The notes under the pieces: generated by a model | What the model saw: the letters and a program-made list of their open reading frames with translations, nothing else | Told to the model about the DNA's origin: nothing | Databases searched by the model: none | Translations under genes and position numbers: made by a program | In this document: positions 10,462 to 21,630 of the stretch, piece after piece | Position numbering within the stretch: position 1 is the first letter of the stretch | Layout: every line of letters begins with the position of its first letter | Assembly (NCBI GenBank): GCA_000091205.1 | Contig: AP006488.2 | Direction: 5' to 3' (one strand) | From: Cyanidioschyzon merolae | Lineage: Eukaryota | Length of the DNA stretch: 64,000 nt

Positions 10462-13400
10462 TTGCGAAGACGTTGCGGCCTCGTCATGGACAAGGTCGCA
10501 ATTTCGAGGACGAACACAGCCTCGGCGACCCCGGAGGCTGGCAAATCCCACAAGCCGGTACATTTGCCAGCGGGGTCTCTTCAGGAAACCGTGGAAACAC
10601 CCGACGGCAGGGCGGCTTCAGACCCTCTAGAGCGCTACTTTGTGAATACGGAGCAACTATGGACGACACTGGAACAGGAGTTTCGGCAGTCGGACTACGA
10701 GTTTGGCGTTTCTGCGGCTGCCTTGCTTGCGCAGATACCCGAAGCGTACCGGGTGTCTGCGAAGAACTTTGAGCTTACAAGCACCCCTGAGTTTCAATAC
10801 TTGTCCCGAAAACTTGGTGCGTCCCACGACTTGGTGGAAACAGAAGCCGAACTCACGCGCTCACTCGAACGATATATAAGGTTCAGCAACCGATGCTTCG
10901 AAATGCAGGTTGCAGCCGAAGACCCATCGGCACCAACGCTGCGTAGATGCACGAGCTTGGGTGCTGTGGCTGAGACGGAGTCCTCGCTTCGGGACTTGGT
11001 GAGTGAGTTGTCATCAGAATGGCCGCGACAACTGAAAACGCTCTCCGGAGCGTTAGGCGCCCTTAACCTCAGTCGACAACGGCTCGAGCGAGAGCGACAG
11101 CGACTCGGGTCCCTCATCGCCGTACTGGAACAGCTCAAAAGCGTTCGCGATATTTCGCGAGCCGCAGAGCTCTACGAAGAGCACCAGGATCTATTGAAAG
11201 CTGCATATACTTACCAGCGTCTGGATGCGTGTGCACACGAGGTTTTTCGAAAGTGGGATGCGGTACCGCACGCGAGTGACGTCCGCAGCGCAGGGCCAGC
11301 TGAACGCTCGGCGTCAGCAGACCGCCAGTTTGACATTGCTGATGTTCGTCTCGTCGAGGACTTTTCCCGACACCACAGGGCCTTGAGACGGCGACTGGGG
11401 ACGGCGCTCGAGCACCAAATCGTTGCACAATTTCAGATTACACTGAGTTTCGTTTGGAGTGCAGCCGCCGAACCCGCTCCACCAATACCGACGTCGACGT
11501 CGATGTCGACACGAACGCCCGAACGACTCACTTCTGAGCAGACTCCAGGGTCGTCTCTGGCGCTGCTTTGCACACTGCGCGAGGAGATCACACCTTTTGT
11601 GGCGGCGCTTTATCAGATTGGCATGGCAAGCGGTGCCCTGTACCGCGTAACCACAGGCCTGCTTCATGAGCTGAACAATATTGTATCTGCTGAACAGGAT
11701 GCGTGGGCATGCGATTCCGCGCAGGCATTCACCACATTCTTGTCAAAGTGTCGCACTTTTGTTCCAGGAGCCGTTGCAGTCATCGACACGTTTTTCGAGG
11801 TGGCGAGTCAGCTGGAGAGCCTCGAGGCCTCCGGTCATGTGCCGCACAGGTCACACGTCGAGCGTGCAGATGTCCTCAGCGCTTTCCGCGATGGCTTTGG
11901 AGCGCGATTTCGAGATGCTGTCGATAGTGTTGTACAGGCCTGTCGACCGGCCGACTTTGAACAGGTGAGGTTTCTCCTGAAAATTCATGTGGAAACGCGC
12001 GATTTTCTCAAGTTTTTGGATCGCATACTCGAGGTGCGGAATGATCGCCCCGCCGCCTCGTCCTCAGTAGTACTGGTTGATCTGCGGGACCGCATTCGAA
12101 ATACGATGCAAGCTGCGTTTGAGAAAAAGCTGGAGTCCATGCAGGTTAGCCTGAACGCAGAGCGTTGGGTTCCAGCGACAAGCACTGCAGCATTGCAGTC
12201 TCTTTTGGATCGCCTTGTTCGAGATACGTCTGCTCCTTTGTATGCAGAATCGATGACCATGGAAGATGGCAAGGTCCGTGAGCATTCCGAAGGCCAGCCA
12301 GCGACAGTCGTGCTCATGGGAGAGCGATTTGTGCTTGTTGACGCCTCGCAGGACCTTTTTGAACTGTTGGATGCGTGCGCGCTCTGCTTCCGAGACGCAT
12401 TACATTGCGAAGAAGTTGCATTGGCGCACGCGTTGAGTATGCGCGTTCTCGAGGCTTTGCGGACGTTCAACCAACGGTCGCTGCAGTTAGTTCTCGGAGC
12501 AGGCGCGATGAAGACGGCGCACCTCAAGGCCATTACCGCAAAGCATTTGGCCGTCTGTGCGCGCACCGTGGACCTGTTGCTCCGTCTTTTGCATCCACAA
12601 GAGAGTGATCGATACCAGGGCCTCCAGAGGTGGTTCTGCCCGACGCTTCGCCAGGCGGATGTCGGCATGGACCCGGATGCAAAACCCGCTTTGGAAAGGA
12701 ATAGCCCTCGTGCTGAAGACGCGGCGCGCCAGCATGCAATAGAATTGTCGGATGCCACTGCTGGGAAGCTTCATGTGGTCCCCGGTGTGCCACAGGAGCC
12801 ATCATCATCACCGCAGACGGAAGGCGGTGCTGCGACAGTGCACGCCGTTCCCGAGTTGGCGACGCCAAGGGAGCCATCCGCGCAGTCTGTCGTTCGTGAC
12901 GCGGATCTCGAACGGGCTTTTGAGCGTACGATCGCGGATCTGCAGGTACATCGGGCGCAGCTGCTCAACAAGATCGTAATTATCATGCAGACTCGCTTAC
13001 GAAATCGCATAGCGGAGCTTCGACGACTACCCTTGGAACAGTACGCAGTGGTCTCTGAGACAGGGTGCGCTGCACCCAGCACTTGGGCATCTGCTTTGAT
13101 TCGAGATATCACCACGCTGGAGCGCATCCTGAGTTCTGTGCTGCCGACCGTTGCGCTTCGATCCCTGTTTGAACAGATTATTGCCGCGTATTCCCAGAAT
13201 CTTCGGGCGGAATTCGTCCGGCTAACTGAAGAGTATCTCGGTGGGAATCGCGGGCCGTCAACGAATGTGGAAGCAGGGGCGGTTCCACCCCTGGGCACCA
13301 TGCTGAACCAGGTCGCCGCGGATGCCACGGCCCTGGCGGAGGCTGTTCGGAACCTTGTGAGCTCCCTGAATGCGAATATAAGTGAGAGCTACGTTGCCGA

Positions 13401-13566
13401 TTTCGATGCAATCGCACATACGTACCATAATCTTGCTGAAAAGCACGCATCTGCTTCGTCGCCCGTTGACCCAGCTGAAGCGCCTTGTGCGGCTACCACT
13501 GGAGGCAGTGCGTGCGAAAACGAGGTCACGCCGTCCACGGATCCCATTGAAGGCGACGCGCGCTGA
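10462..13566 (+). CDS. Large hypothetical protein (1034 aa), helical/coiled-coil rich; possibly a vesicle-tethering or scaffold protein, family not recognised
   Basis: Long uninterrupted ORF in a GC-rich context with normal amino-acid composition. Leu/Glu/Arg-rich heptad-like stretches ('LSRQRLERERQRLGSLIAVLEQLKSVRDISRAAELYEEHQDLLKAAY'). No diagnostic motif recognised by eye. Confidence 0.5.
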   Translation: MRRRCGLVMDKVAISRTNTASATPEAGKSHKPVHLPAGSLQETVETPDGRAASDPLERYFVNTEQLWTTLEQEFRQSDYEFGVSAAALLAQIPEAYRVSAKNFELTSTPEFQYLSRKLGASHDLVETEAELTRSLERYIRFSNRCFEMQVAAEDPSAPTLRRCTSLGAVAETESSLRDLVSELSSEWPRQLKTLSGALGALNLSRQRLERERQRLGSLIAVLEQLKSVRDISRAAELYEEHQDLLKAAYTYQRLDACAHEVFRKWDAVPHASDVRSAGPAERSASADRQFDIADVRLVEDFSRHHRALRRRLGTALEHQIVAQFQITLSFVWSAAAEPAPPIPTSTSMSTRTPERLTSEQTPGSSLALLCTLREEITPFVAALYQIGMASGALYRVTTGLLHELNNIVSAEQDAWACDSAQAFTTFLSKCRTFVPGAVAVIDTFFEVASQLESLEASGHVPHRSHVERADVLSAFRDGFGARFRDAVDSVVQACRPADFEQVRFLLKIHVETRDFLKFLDRILEVRNDRPAASSSVVLVDLRDRIRNTMQAAFEKKLESMQVSLNAERWVPATSTAALQSLLDRLVRDTSAPLYAESMTMEDGKVREHSEGQPATVVLMGERFVLVDASQDLFELLDACALCFRDALHCEEVALAHALSMRVLEALRTFNQRSLQLVLGAGAMKTAHLKAITAKHLAVCARTVDLLLRLLHPQESDRYQGLQRWFCPTLRQADVGMDPDAKPALERNSPRAEDAARQHAIELSDATAGKLHVVPGVPQEPSSSPQTEGGAATVHAVPELATPREPSAQSVVRDADLERAFERTIADLQVHRAQLLNKIVIIMQTRLRNRIAELRRLPLEQYAVVSETGCAAPSTWASALIRDITTLERILSSVLPTVALRSLFEQIIAAYSQNLRAEFVRLTEEYLGGNRGPSTNVEAGAVPPLGTMLNQVAADATALAEAVRNLVSSLNANISESYVADFDAIAHTYHNLAEKHASASSPVDPAEAPCAATTGGSACENEVTPSTDPIEGDAR

Positions 13567-15418
13567 TACTTGCGTTCAGATTACCATGTCCGAGAACTTG
13601 CGGAAACAAAGCATGCACATGAGCAATGTCTGCTGAGGCGCAGGCGCCGGCTGACAGCCGGTCCATGTCCGCTGTGTTAGAAGCGGGCCGTCATTCTGCC
13701 CCAGCCGAGCACGCATTTCGTTGTAGTGGTACCAGTGGGCATGCCGCATACGCAAGGTAGGCACCTGGGTTTCGTTTCAATGCCGCTGGCGCAGACAAAT
13801 GATGGCGTACAAGCGCCTGTGCCCGAGAACGCCAGGCCCGCGCAAACCCGAACGCCGCACCAGCGTAAAGCGACAGCGCGCTGGCGTGTTCCAGGCCGCG
13901 GGACCTGCGCACCTCTGGGGGTCGCGGGATTCACATTGTGGATGAAGGCAAACGGCATCGCTCTGTAAAAGAGACTTGTCGAAATATCACGCTTCATCGT
14001 TCCATTGCCCCGCATGGAAACAGCATGCGAATGGATTCACATCATAACGCACTGGTGCTGCGTCCACAGAGCGCACAGTTCGCACCCGAGACCCTAGTCA
14101 CGATATCCGCACCATTCATGATCGCGCTGTTCAAACGGTGCCTTCATGCTTGGGTATTGGCAAGCACGCAGAGCACCTGCAACGTGAACGTTTCAGGGTC
14201 TCGCTGGCGATTTGCATATCGCCTTGAACCGCCATAATCATGCACAATCCATCATATCTTCAACAAGTTGTCCCTGGAGGCCAGCTTCGCCTATCTCAAT
14301 CATATATACCAATGCTGAGTCGAACAACTTGAAGTGAGATTCGCGAGATGACGCACACGAATTGTTCGTAGATGCGTGTCCGCACGCATGTTGCTGTATG
14401 CATGCGTGCGCAGCTTTTTTTTTCTTTTTTTTCTTCATTGACAAAACGTTTCCATAGGCCAGCGTTCTCCGATGATGCGCATTTTTCTTTTCTTTTCCGG
14501 TTTTATTCAGTACGCGGTGAGTTATCCATCAAACCCCCTACTCCCAAGTTATATGACCTATGCTTCTTCTCGGATATTCAGGTCGTTTCGCACGTCCTAT
14601 CGTGTGTGCCTAGTGCCTGCCGAAAGCGACAGCAATAGCGCCTATAGCGCCGGTGCGGTCGCTGCACCGAGACAGAATGGCGTTGCCGTACCACAAAGGG
14701 CGTCGGCTCGAGGCTGCGACCGATAATACCGGCAGCAGCGCCCGCTGCAATCGATGCATCGATCGTACGCAAAAGAAATGGAATGCCTTGACGGATGTAC
14801 CTGGTTCGGTGAATCGATCTTACATGATAAAACTAGTATGCTTTGAAGGATATTCGGGGCCTACGTGGACGCTGCCGGCCAGTCAGCAGCAAGTTGCGCA
14901 AATCATCCGTTTCTTTCCGAGAAGCAGCCATCGATCCACACAAACACCTGCTGCTGCGCCAGCGCTGCCAGTCACGACCTAGCAGACACAATTCGCGCGC
15001 GCTCTACACACGCCTCTGCATTCCGTGAGCTCCAGCCCAGTGATCCCATCCAGAAGAGCTGTTGGTGTCGATCCAGATACCTGGTTGGTGCCGAGCACCG
15101 TCTGGGCGCTTGCTGCGGCATCAGCGATACCGCAACGAACGTTGCGAGGGCGCATCCCACGTGCACCACGCGCACTGCCGTACAGGGAACGCCTGCAGCA
15201 GAGCAGGGCACCTGTGCGAGCGATTCATCGATGGATCCATCGATTCATCCATCGATCCATCCATCGATTCATCCATCGCAGCGCCGCCGCCGCCGCCGCT
15301 GGTGCCGCTGCCATCCGCCGACGCATCGTACTCGGGGATGCCGCGGCTGCGGGGCACAGCGTTACGGTGCACGTCGCGCTAACGACCTGGGTTACCGCAG
15401 GCGTTCCCTTTTCCTGGT

Positions 15419-15743
15419 ATGCGTAGAGGTCGTGGTGAGCCTTGTGAAACCGGGGCTCGACGGGAGCTGGCGTGTACGTTGAGCTTCGTTCCGCCTGGGT
15501 CGGCTGGCGGGTGGACTCGTGGTAAGCCGCCACCACCACCACCAACACCAACACCACGTGCACCATTATCACCACGATCACCGCCAGGTTCGTGTCAACA
15601 AGTTTCAAGGACGATACCAGCGTCGGCACGAGCCAACAATTGCGAGCGGGTACGCATTCACGCAGTCGATTCGTGTGTTTCTCTAGTCGCGTTGCGGCGA
15701 CGAGACTCGAGCGGGATCGGCGTTCTAGGTCGTGACCGCGCCC

Positions 15744-15775
<32 letters not shown>

Positions 15776-17608
15776 TTCTGGTTGGCGAACACGCCAACTC
15801 GGCGCTGGTGCACCGGCCTCGAGGCGCGCGGTACGGGCTTTTTCGTGCCGCGCTCTTCAGAGCACCTACTTTACAATTGGGGTTCCCGAAGGCACGTAGT
15901 GCAGCGAGGCACTTGCCAACGGGCTAGCGCTGGAGCTCTGATGCTCTCGCTGACCAGCCACCGTCGCCAAGAGACGCCATGCTCATCGCGGACAAACGCC
16001 GGCGATACATTCACGTCGGATGAATTGGCCACTGTGGAGCAGCTGTTAGAGGTCGCGCCGCAAGAGCGTGCGGAACTCGACCGGGGAGGCACTCTGTCTG
16101 AATCAGACGGTAATGGGCGCGGTGAAGCCGAGGGTGTAGCTGCGACAGCTCCGGCTGCGACAGAAGGCATGGACCGTCAACGTGCGCGCCTCATCCAGGA
16201 CGCTCGGTCGTCGACCCGTGCTGTGCACGGCGGTGAACGTGCCAAGGGCGGAAAGAAGGCCAAAGCGACGGCGGACTCGTTGACAACACCCATCGTGCAG
16301 TCTTCAACGTTCACGTTCCGCAATACGCGGGAATGTATCCAATATAACTTAGGTAAGTACTCCTCGTTCGAATACGGAAGGTACGGAAACCCAACGACAC
16401 GGGCTGCGGAGGAGAAACTAATCGACCTCGAGTGCGGGAATCTGGCACAGCAGGATGCTCATCCGGACTCCGCCGTCTATGATGCGCTCTTGTCGGCCTC
16501 CGGTATGAATGCCGTCACCACCATGTTGTTTGCATTGTTCGCCTTGGACAATGCAGATGTACGGGGCGCGGGGCTCGGTACCACGGTCTCAGAGGAGGGC
16601 ACTGGTGGTTGCCTCATCACGACGACAGACTGCTATCGCCGAACGCGCCAGTTTATTGAAGAAATGATGCCCCGACTCAACGTGCGCGTCGTGATCATGG
16701 ATCCAAGCGACCTTGCGCTGCTGGAAAGTACGTTGCGGGAAATACGAGAGTCCACCGACGGCGCCATCACCCAGCAGAGAGTCGTGTTCTTCAGTGAGTC
16801 GCCGACGAACCCCCTTCTGCGTCTAGTGGATGTGCCGCGCATTGTTGCACTGGCGCGTCAATACGATATGATGGTCTGCATTGATAGCACGTTCGCCACA
16901 CCAATCAACCATCGACCGCTAGAGCTTGGGGCGGATCTCGTGCTCCACAGTGCGACCAAGTACCTGGGTGGCCACAACGACATTCTTGCCGGCGCTCTGA
17001 TCGGCCGTGCTGAACTCATCGCAAAGGTTCGTCGCGCGCACGGCATCCTTGGTGGCGTCATTGATCCCCACACGAGTTATCTGCTCCTGCGTGGACTCAA
17101 GACCCTCAAGATCCGTGTGGACGCCCATAATCAGAATGCTGCCGCTCTCGCACATCGACTGGCCAATGATGAGCGCATCGCCTGTGTCCATTGGCCGGGT
17201 TTACCTGAACACCCCGATTATCACCTCGGTCGCCGCCTTCATGAAGCGTATGCTCAGTTTAGGGCAGCGGATGGTGGTTGCGGCTTTGGTGGTGTGCTCT
17301 CCTTCGAGTTGCGTGGTCACTTGCGCGGTGGCGCCGACGATCCCTACGGTGCGGAGACGTTTCGCCGTACGGGAAAGTTCATCGACGCACTCCGCATACC
17401 GTACATCGGCCCGAGCCTGGGCGGCACGGAAACTCTCGTCGAACAAGTCTGCATCATGGGCTATTTTGATCAACCGCTTTGGCGACGACGCCGTCTCGGA
17501 ATCACTTGCGGTCTCGTGCGTTTCTCCTGTGGAATCGAGGACGCTGAGGATATCGTTCAAGACGTGATGCATGCACTAGACGTGGCGTTCGAGGATACGT
17601 ACGTGTGA
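15419..17608 (+). CDS. Cys/Met-metabolism PLP-dependent enzyme, cystathionine gamma-synthase-like, with ~300-aa low-complexity N-terminal extension
   Basis: The C-terminal ~430 aa match the CGS/CBL/MGL fold: '[11 protein letters not shown]', '[18 protein letters not shown]', '[41 protein letters not shown]' (PLP-Lys in S-A-T-K), '[11 protein letters not shown]'. The N-terminus is Pro/Ser/Ala-rich, with poly-Pro and a poly-Ser run encoded by (AGC)n at 15744-15774. Confidence 0.8.
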
Positions 17609-17750
17609 GGTTCAGCAGGGTAGGCTCGCTACCAGAGCGACTTGAGCTCACCAGAGCAGCGCATAATAGCATCTCCGTCGGATGCTCGACATGCTATAAA
17701 CAGAGGCAGGATCATTTACGATACCGCTTGTTCGTAAACCGGAATGGATG

Positions 17751-19202
17751 CCCAGTGTAAGCACAAAACGGGAGAGACCCTTTTCGGCTGGTGTACACGC
17801 TAACGTTTGGGTCGCGTCCCACGCTGATCGACACCAGCCTTTGTTCGCGTTTTCTACCACCGCCTCCTTTTGCTCGCTCTTAGCTCCAGCGTGAACTACG
17901 ACGGTCTCAACTGTCCCGCCAGCTCCACTTTCAGGAGTCGAAGCATGTCGATGGCAGCGTTCAGGTCGCGGTTGCGCTGCCTCCGGCTGGTGTCAAGGCT
18001 CCGCCAGCACCGGCAAAAAAGGTCGCGATCGACGCCTCGCTTGCCACCTTCGTGTTCTTTGAATGGAGCCACGAAGCGGCCCGGCACAGCGGTGACACTT
18101 GGCACTGGTCAGAGGCTCGAGCGTATTCACCACACCCTGTGAGCCGCGGACGACCCTGTAGCGCGTCAGGGCTCGCTTCATCGCTCGGTAAACGCTCTGC
18201 CTGGAACAGAAGCGTCCTATCAATACGATTCTCGGTGTCAACGACTGGTGCACTATCCTAGAAGCACGGGATTCTCGCCGACGATACCCTGGGCGGGGGC
18301 TTTGCCCGCTGCACACACACACACACACACTCATACGTACATCCATCCATCCATACATACATACATACGCACACACAGCATCGCGTGCAGTTCCATTCCA
18401 TTGAGGGCTGTGGAGCGCGAGTTCTGCATAAGATGGAACAATTGCCTTGACGAACTTGCTGGCTCTAGATCGAGTAGAGATACTGCGATCTGTCGAGGCT
18501 TCCTGCGACCAAGGCGGTGACACTTGTTGTACCACAGGCGATCGCCGCGGTAATCGAGTCCCAAGTCGAGCATTCTCTTCCAAACAAACAGAAGAGACAG
18601 TGCTTCTCGGGGCTTGGTAACGAAGCGGTAGCATACTGCTGCCGAATGCCGCCTCGATCCTGGTCACAGAGACCCGAGGATTCGTCTCCCGCACGGAATG
18701 GATTCCATGACGCCAGGAGTCCAGTGAACTCTCTGTGTGTGAGCTTGCGAACAGGTCGTCCGAGCACGACATACACCTCTCTCCATCTCCATCGGCCTGC
18801 CGGGCGCATATTGCTGCACCCCAAGCGTTGCCTCAATATAGAACGATCGAAAACTTGAGGTATGCACGGTGTGAGCGTGCTGCTCACTCGCAAACGAGAG
18901 GACTGGCGGCTTGTACGCGTGCAACGGATGCTCATTGCAATGTTTCCGTATGAACCGCTGTACGAGTGTATCGCGAAGCATCCTGACTCTGGTAGCGTGA
19001 CGAATTCGGGCGGGACAGCGTCGAGGAAGCCGCACCAAAACGTCGACCGATGATCCTAAAACGACGCATGAATCCATCATACGTTGTTGGTGCACCTCGA
19101 ATGTCGAGCGTGTTCGTGTACCAAGAAAACGCTGGAGACAATATCCAGCGGCATCGACAGAACAAACAGTTCAGCGTTCCAGTTTGAGATCCGGAACGGA
19201 TG
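17751..19202. repeat. Direct repeat, copy 2 (1452 bp); partner of 8720-10167, with the same compound (CA)n/(CATC)n microsatellite at 18312-18378
   Basis: Same start and end motifs and duplicated ORF peptides as copy 1. The offset between copies is 9,031 bp. Confidence 0.85.
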
Positions 19203-19335
19203 AAGATGCTCTCCGATGGAGCTCTTGTCAAATGTAACCTGCCTTTCCACGCGAATGACTGAGCGTCGGGGCCTCTCAACGATGATTCTTTCACAAAATC
19301 TGCCACTCCTAGTAAACCTTACCCGAATTTACAGG

Positions 19336-21621
19336 CTACCGTTGGTGTTGGTGAAAGCTTTGCAACGCCCGCGGCATCAACTTTGCGAGATGTGCGCGGT
19401 TTGTGTGCCTCTCGCTGCGCAGTGTCGCTTGAGTGGCATCCTTGGATGAGCGCTGCCCAGTTTCATGATCATGAACACGAGGATGGCCTCGTTGACGACG
19501 ACGACGACGATGCTGAAGCATTTGCACTAGACGGGTTCGGAGCGCTTCGGCCTTCGTGTCGATCACATTTTGTTGACGCCTTCGTAGTCGATTGGCGAGA
19601 GCATTCCTCCCACGGCTCTTTCGGAGTGAGGGGTGCTTCACCCGACGCCGCCACGGCGGTACCGAAGCCGACAAACCCCCGTTCTCATCGGTCTGTGCAT
19701 CCTCGGGTGCCGAGCTCTGGTCTTCTCGAGGTGCTGCCTCGTTGGGTGCAGTTTCTGCTGGTGGTCGGTAGCGAAGCTGCGAGACTCGCCTTCCTGTGCG
19801 CTGGACTCTGCGGTGATCTCGTTCTACCCGTCCAATAAAGTTCGGGTCGAGCGCGATGGTTTCTGGTGGGAGCTTCTCCAGCAGCAGCTGCACTTGCGCT
19901 GCGCGGCGCTGTGCTTTCTGCCAGTAGGGGTTAGGCTCAAGCGCATCAAACTCGGGCTCTCCGGATCCAGGGACGAGGCACGACTCGAACCCAGTAGAGT
20001 AGCCAACACCGAGCACATCTTCGAAAGGCGCAAAAGCAACAGCGCTGATCCGCGTCCCGCCGGCTCCAACACCGACCCGTGTCTGCAGGTAGGGCTCGTA
20101 CGCCTTGGCCTCGTACAGTGCCCAGTCCTTCCAGATGATCACTCGACCTCCAGCGCTGTGCCCGATCGCCAAGAGCCCAGTTTGACTGACGTCCATTGAG
20201 GTAATCAAACCACCGCTTTTCGATTCGTAGGAATGAATCGGTCGGAACAGTTTCCGCATGTCCCATACGGCAAAGTGTCGACTCGCTGCCCCGGCGGTTA
20301 CCAGGTAACGACCGCCGTGATCGGTGGCGACGGCAGCAACGCCACCGTAACCCGGATGCGCAAGAACCTTTGCCAACGGCTCGTTTGGCATAGCCGGAGA
20401 CCACAGCTGCACCGTTCCGTTGGCATGTCCGGTGAACGCGACGCCATGGTAGGGGCTCGTCGTGAGCGCAGCGCTCGGTCTGCCCAGATGCGTCGGGAAC
20501 TGGGCCACCGTCATTCCATTCGAGACGTCGGTGTAGTGGAGTTCGCCCGTCTCGCTCATACTCAATAACAAAAGATGATATCGCAGAAAATCGAGACTAT
20601 GTGGGCGCGAGTGTTGACGCAGGCAGTGGATCTGGGCACCACTGACGGCGTCGTGGATAGCGACAGCACGTTCCACGGCCGCTGCAAACAACCCGTCTGT
20701 ATGCAACATCACAACATCGCGGAGGTGTTCTCCAAGGTGCAATTCTGGTGCCATGGTGCGCTTGCGGCGCCAGTCCAGAACGACGACATGGCCGTTGTGG
20801 AGTCCTCCCAGCAGCAAGACACGCGAGCTTGCAGAATAACGAGCTCGGTAGCCCATGGTGGGATGTTCGACACCGTTCGAGCTAGCGGCTCGTTCTTGCT
20901 TGCGGAGTACCTGCGAGGCGCGAGTTCGCGAGTAGTCCTCAAAGTCGAGGCGAAAACGCCCTCGTTGTGCATAGAGGCTGCTTGCTTCCTGTAGCGCTTG
21001 CTGAGAAACGTGGCTCGTATGGCGTTCGAGTTCAGACTCGGGCTCGATGAAACCACGCCGGCCTTCCCGATCGAGCAGCAAGTCAAGTTCAGCAGACCGT
21101 TCGGCTGCCTCTCGAGACTGGTGCACCACTTGTTCGATCTTATGCCGAAGGGAACGCTGCGAGACCCGCACCATCGTGTGATCGCTCAGCAGTGCAGTGG
21201 CGGCCGGGGGCAGTCGCTGGTACCGCTTGTAACCGGGTGTCGCCTCGAGCGTCGTCACGCGTTCCTCCACCATACTGAATTTGAATAGAACCCGAGATGC
21301 AATATCTAACGTAGTTTGACGCCAGAGAGCAAGTCGCGGAATCCGTGGAAGCGACCCGCGATTCGTCGACGACTCAGGCGCCGTGTGGCACACGCGGCAC
21401 CGCCAAGCCGTGTTTGCACCGGCGACGTTTGCGTTCCCGAGCTCGAACGCCTGCGTGCAGCTGTCGCGCAGGTTGATGAGCTTTAGGTTTAGATCCGATG
21501 GTGTCAGGTTGCTTTGATCAACGAAGGTCAAACGGACAACAAACGGGTCGTCATAAGATGTTGGCGAGTCCGCGTGGCATACGCAGGCCAAGTCTGCAAA
21601 CCGGATATGGATGTAGGTCAA
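19336..21621 (-). CDS. UTP7: U3 snoRNP / SSU processome WD40 protein UTP7 (WDR46/BING4 family)
   Basis: WD40 repeats with family-typical strings: 'LLLGGLHNGHVVVLDW', 'GTVQLWSPAMPNEPLAKVLAH', 'HFAVWDMRKLFRPIHSY', 'GGRVIIWKDW'. A BING4 C-terminal-like segment follows: 'EPNPYWQKAQRRAAQVQLLLEKLPPETIALDPNFIGRV'. The first ~116 codons have odd composition; the real start may be the Met at about 21273 ('MVEERVTT'). Confidence 0.8.
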   Translation of the reverse strand: MTYIHIRFADLACVCHADSPTSYDDPFVVRLTFVDQSNLTPSDLNLKLINLRDSCTQAFELGNANVAGANTAWRCRVCHTAPESSTNRGSLPRIPRLALWRQTTLDIASRVLFKFSMVEERVTTLEATPGYKRYQRLPPAATALLSDHTMVRVSQRSLRHKIEQVVHQSREAAERSAELDLLLDREGRRGFIEPESELERHTSHVSQQALQEASSLYAQRGRFRLDFEDYSRTRASQVLRKQERAASSNGVEHPTMGYRARYSASSRVLLLGGLHNGHVVVLDWRRKRTMAPELHLGEHLRDVVMLHTDGLFAAAVERAVAIHDAVSGAQIHCLRQHSRPHSLDFLRYHLLLLSMSETGELHYTDVSNGMTVAQFPTHLGRPSAALTTSPYHGVAFTGHANGTVQLWSPAMPNEPLAKVLAHPGYGGVAAVATDHGGRYLVTAGAASRHFAVWDMRKLFRPIHSYESKSGGLITSMDVSQTGLLAIGHSAGGRVIIWKDWALYEAKAYEPYLQTRVGVGAGGTRISAVAFAPFEDVLGVGYSTGFESCLVPGSGEPEFDALEPNPYWQKAQRRAAQVQLLLEKLPPETIALDPNFIGRVERDHRRVQRTGRRVSQLRYRPPAETAPNEAAPREDQSSAPEDAQTDENGGLSASVPPWRRRVKHPSLRKSRGRNALANRLRRRQQNVIDTKAEALRTRLVQMLQHRRRRRQRGHPRVHDHETGQRSSKDATQATLRSERHTNRAHLAKLMPRALQSFHQHQR

Positions 21622-21630
21622 TACTTGAAT

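Noticed and set aside
8720-19202. LTR-retrotransposon interpretation of the two 1.45-kb direct repeats
   Set aside because: The internal region encodes ordinary cellular genes (hypothetical 1034-aa protein, CGS-like enzyme) and no gag/RT/integrase/RNase H motifs. The repeats show no obvious TG...CA termini, PBS or PPT. A local segmental duplication fits better.
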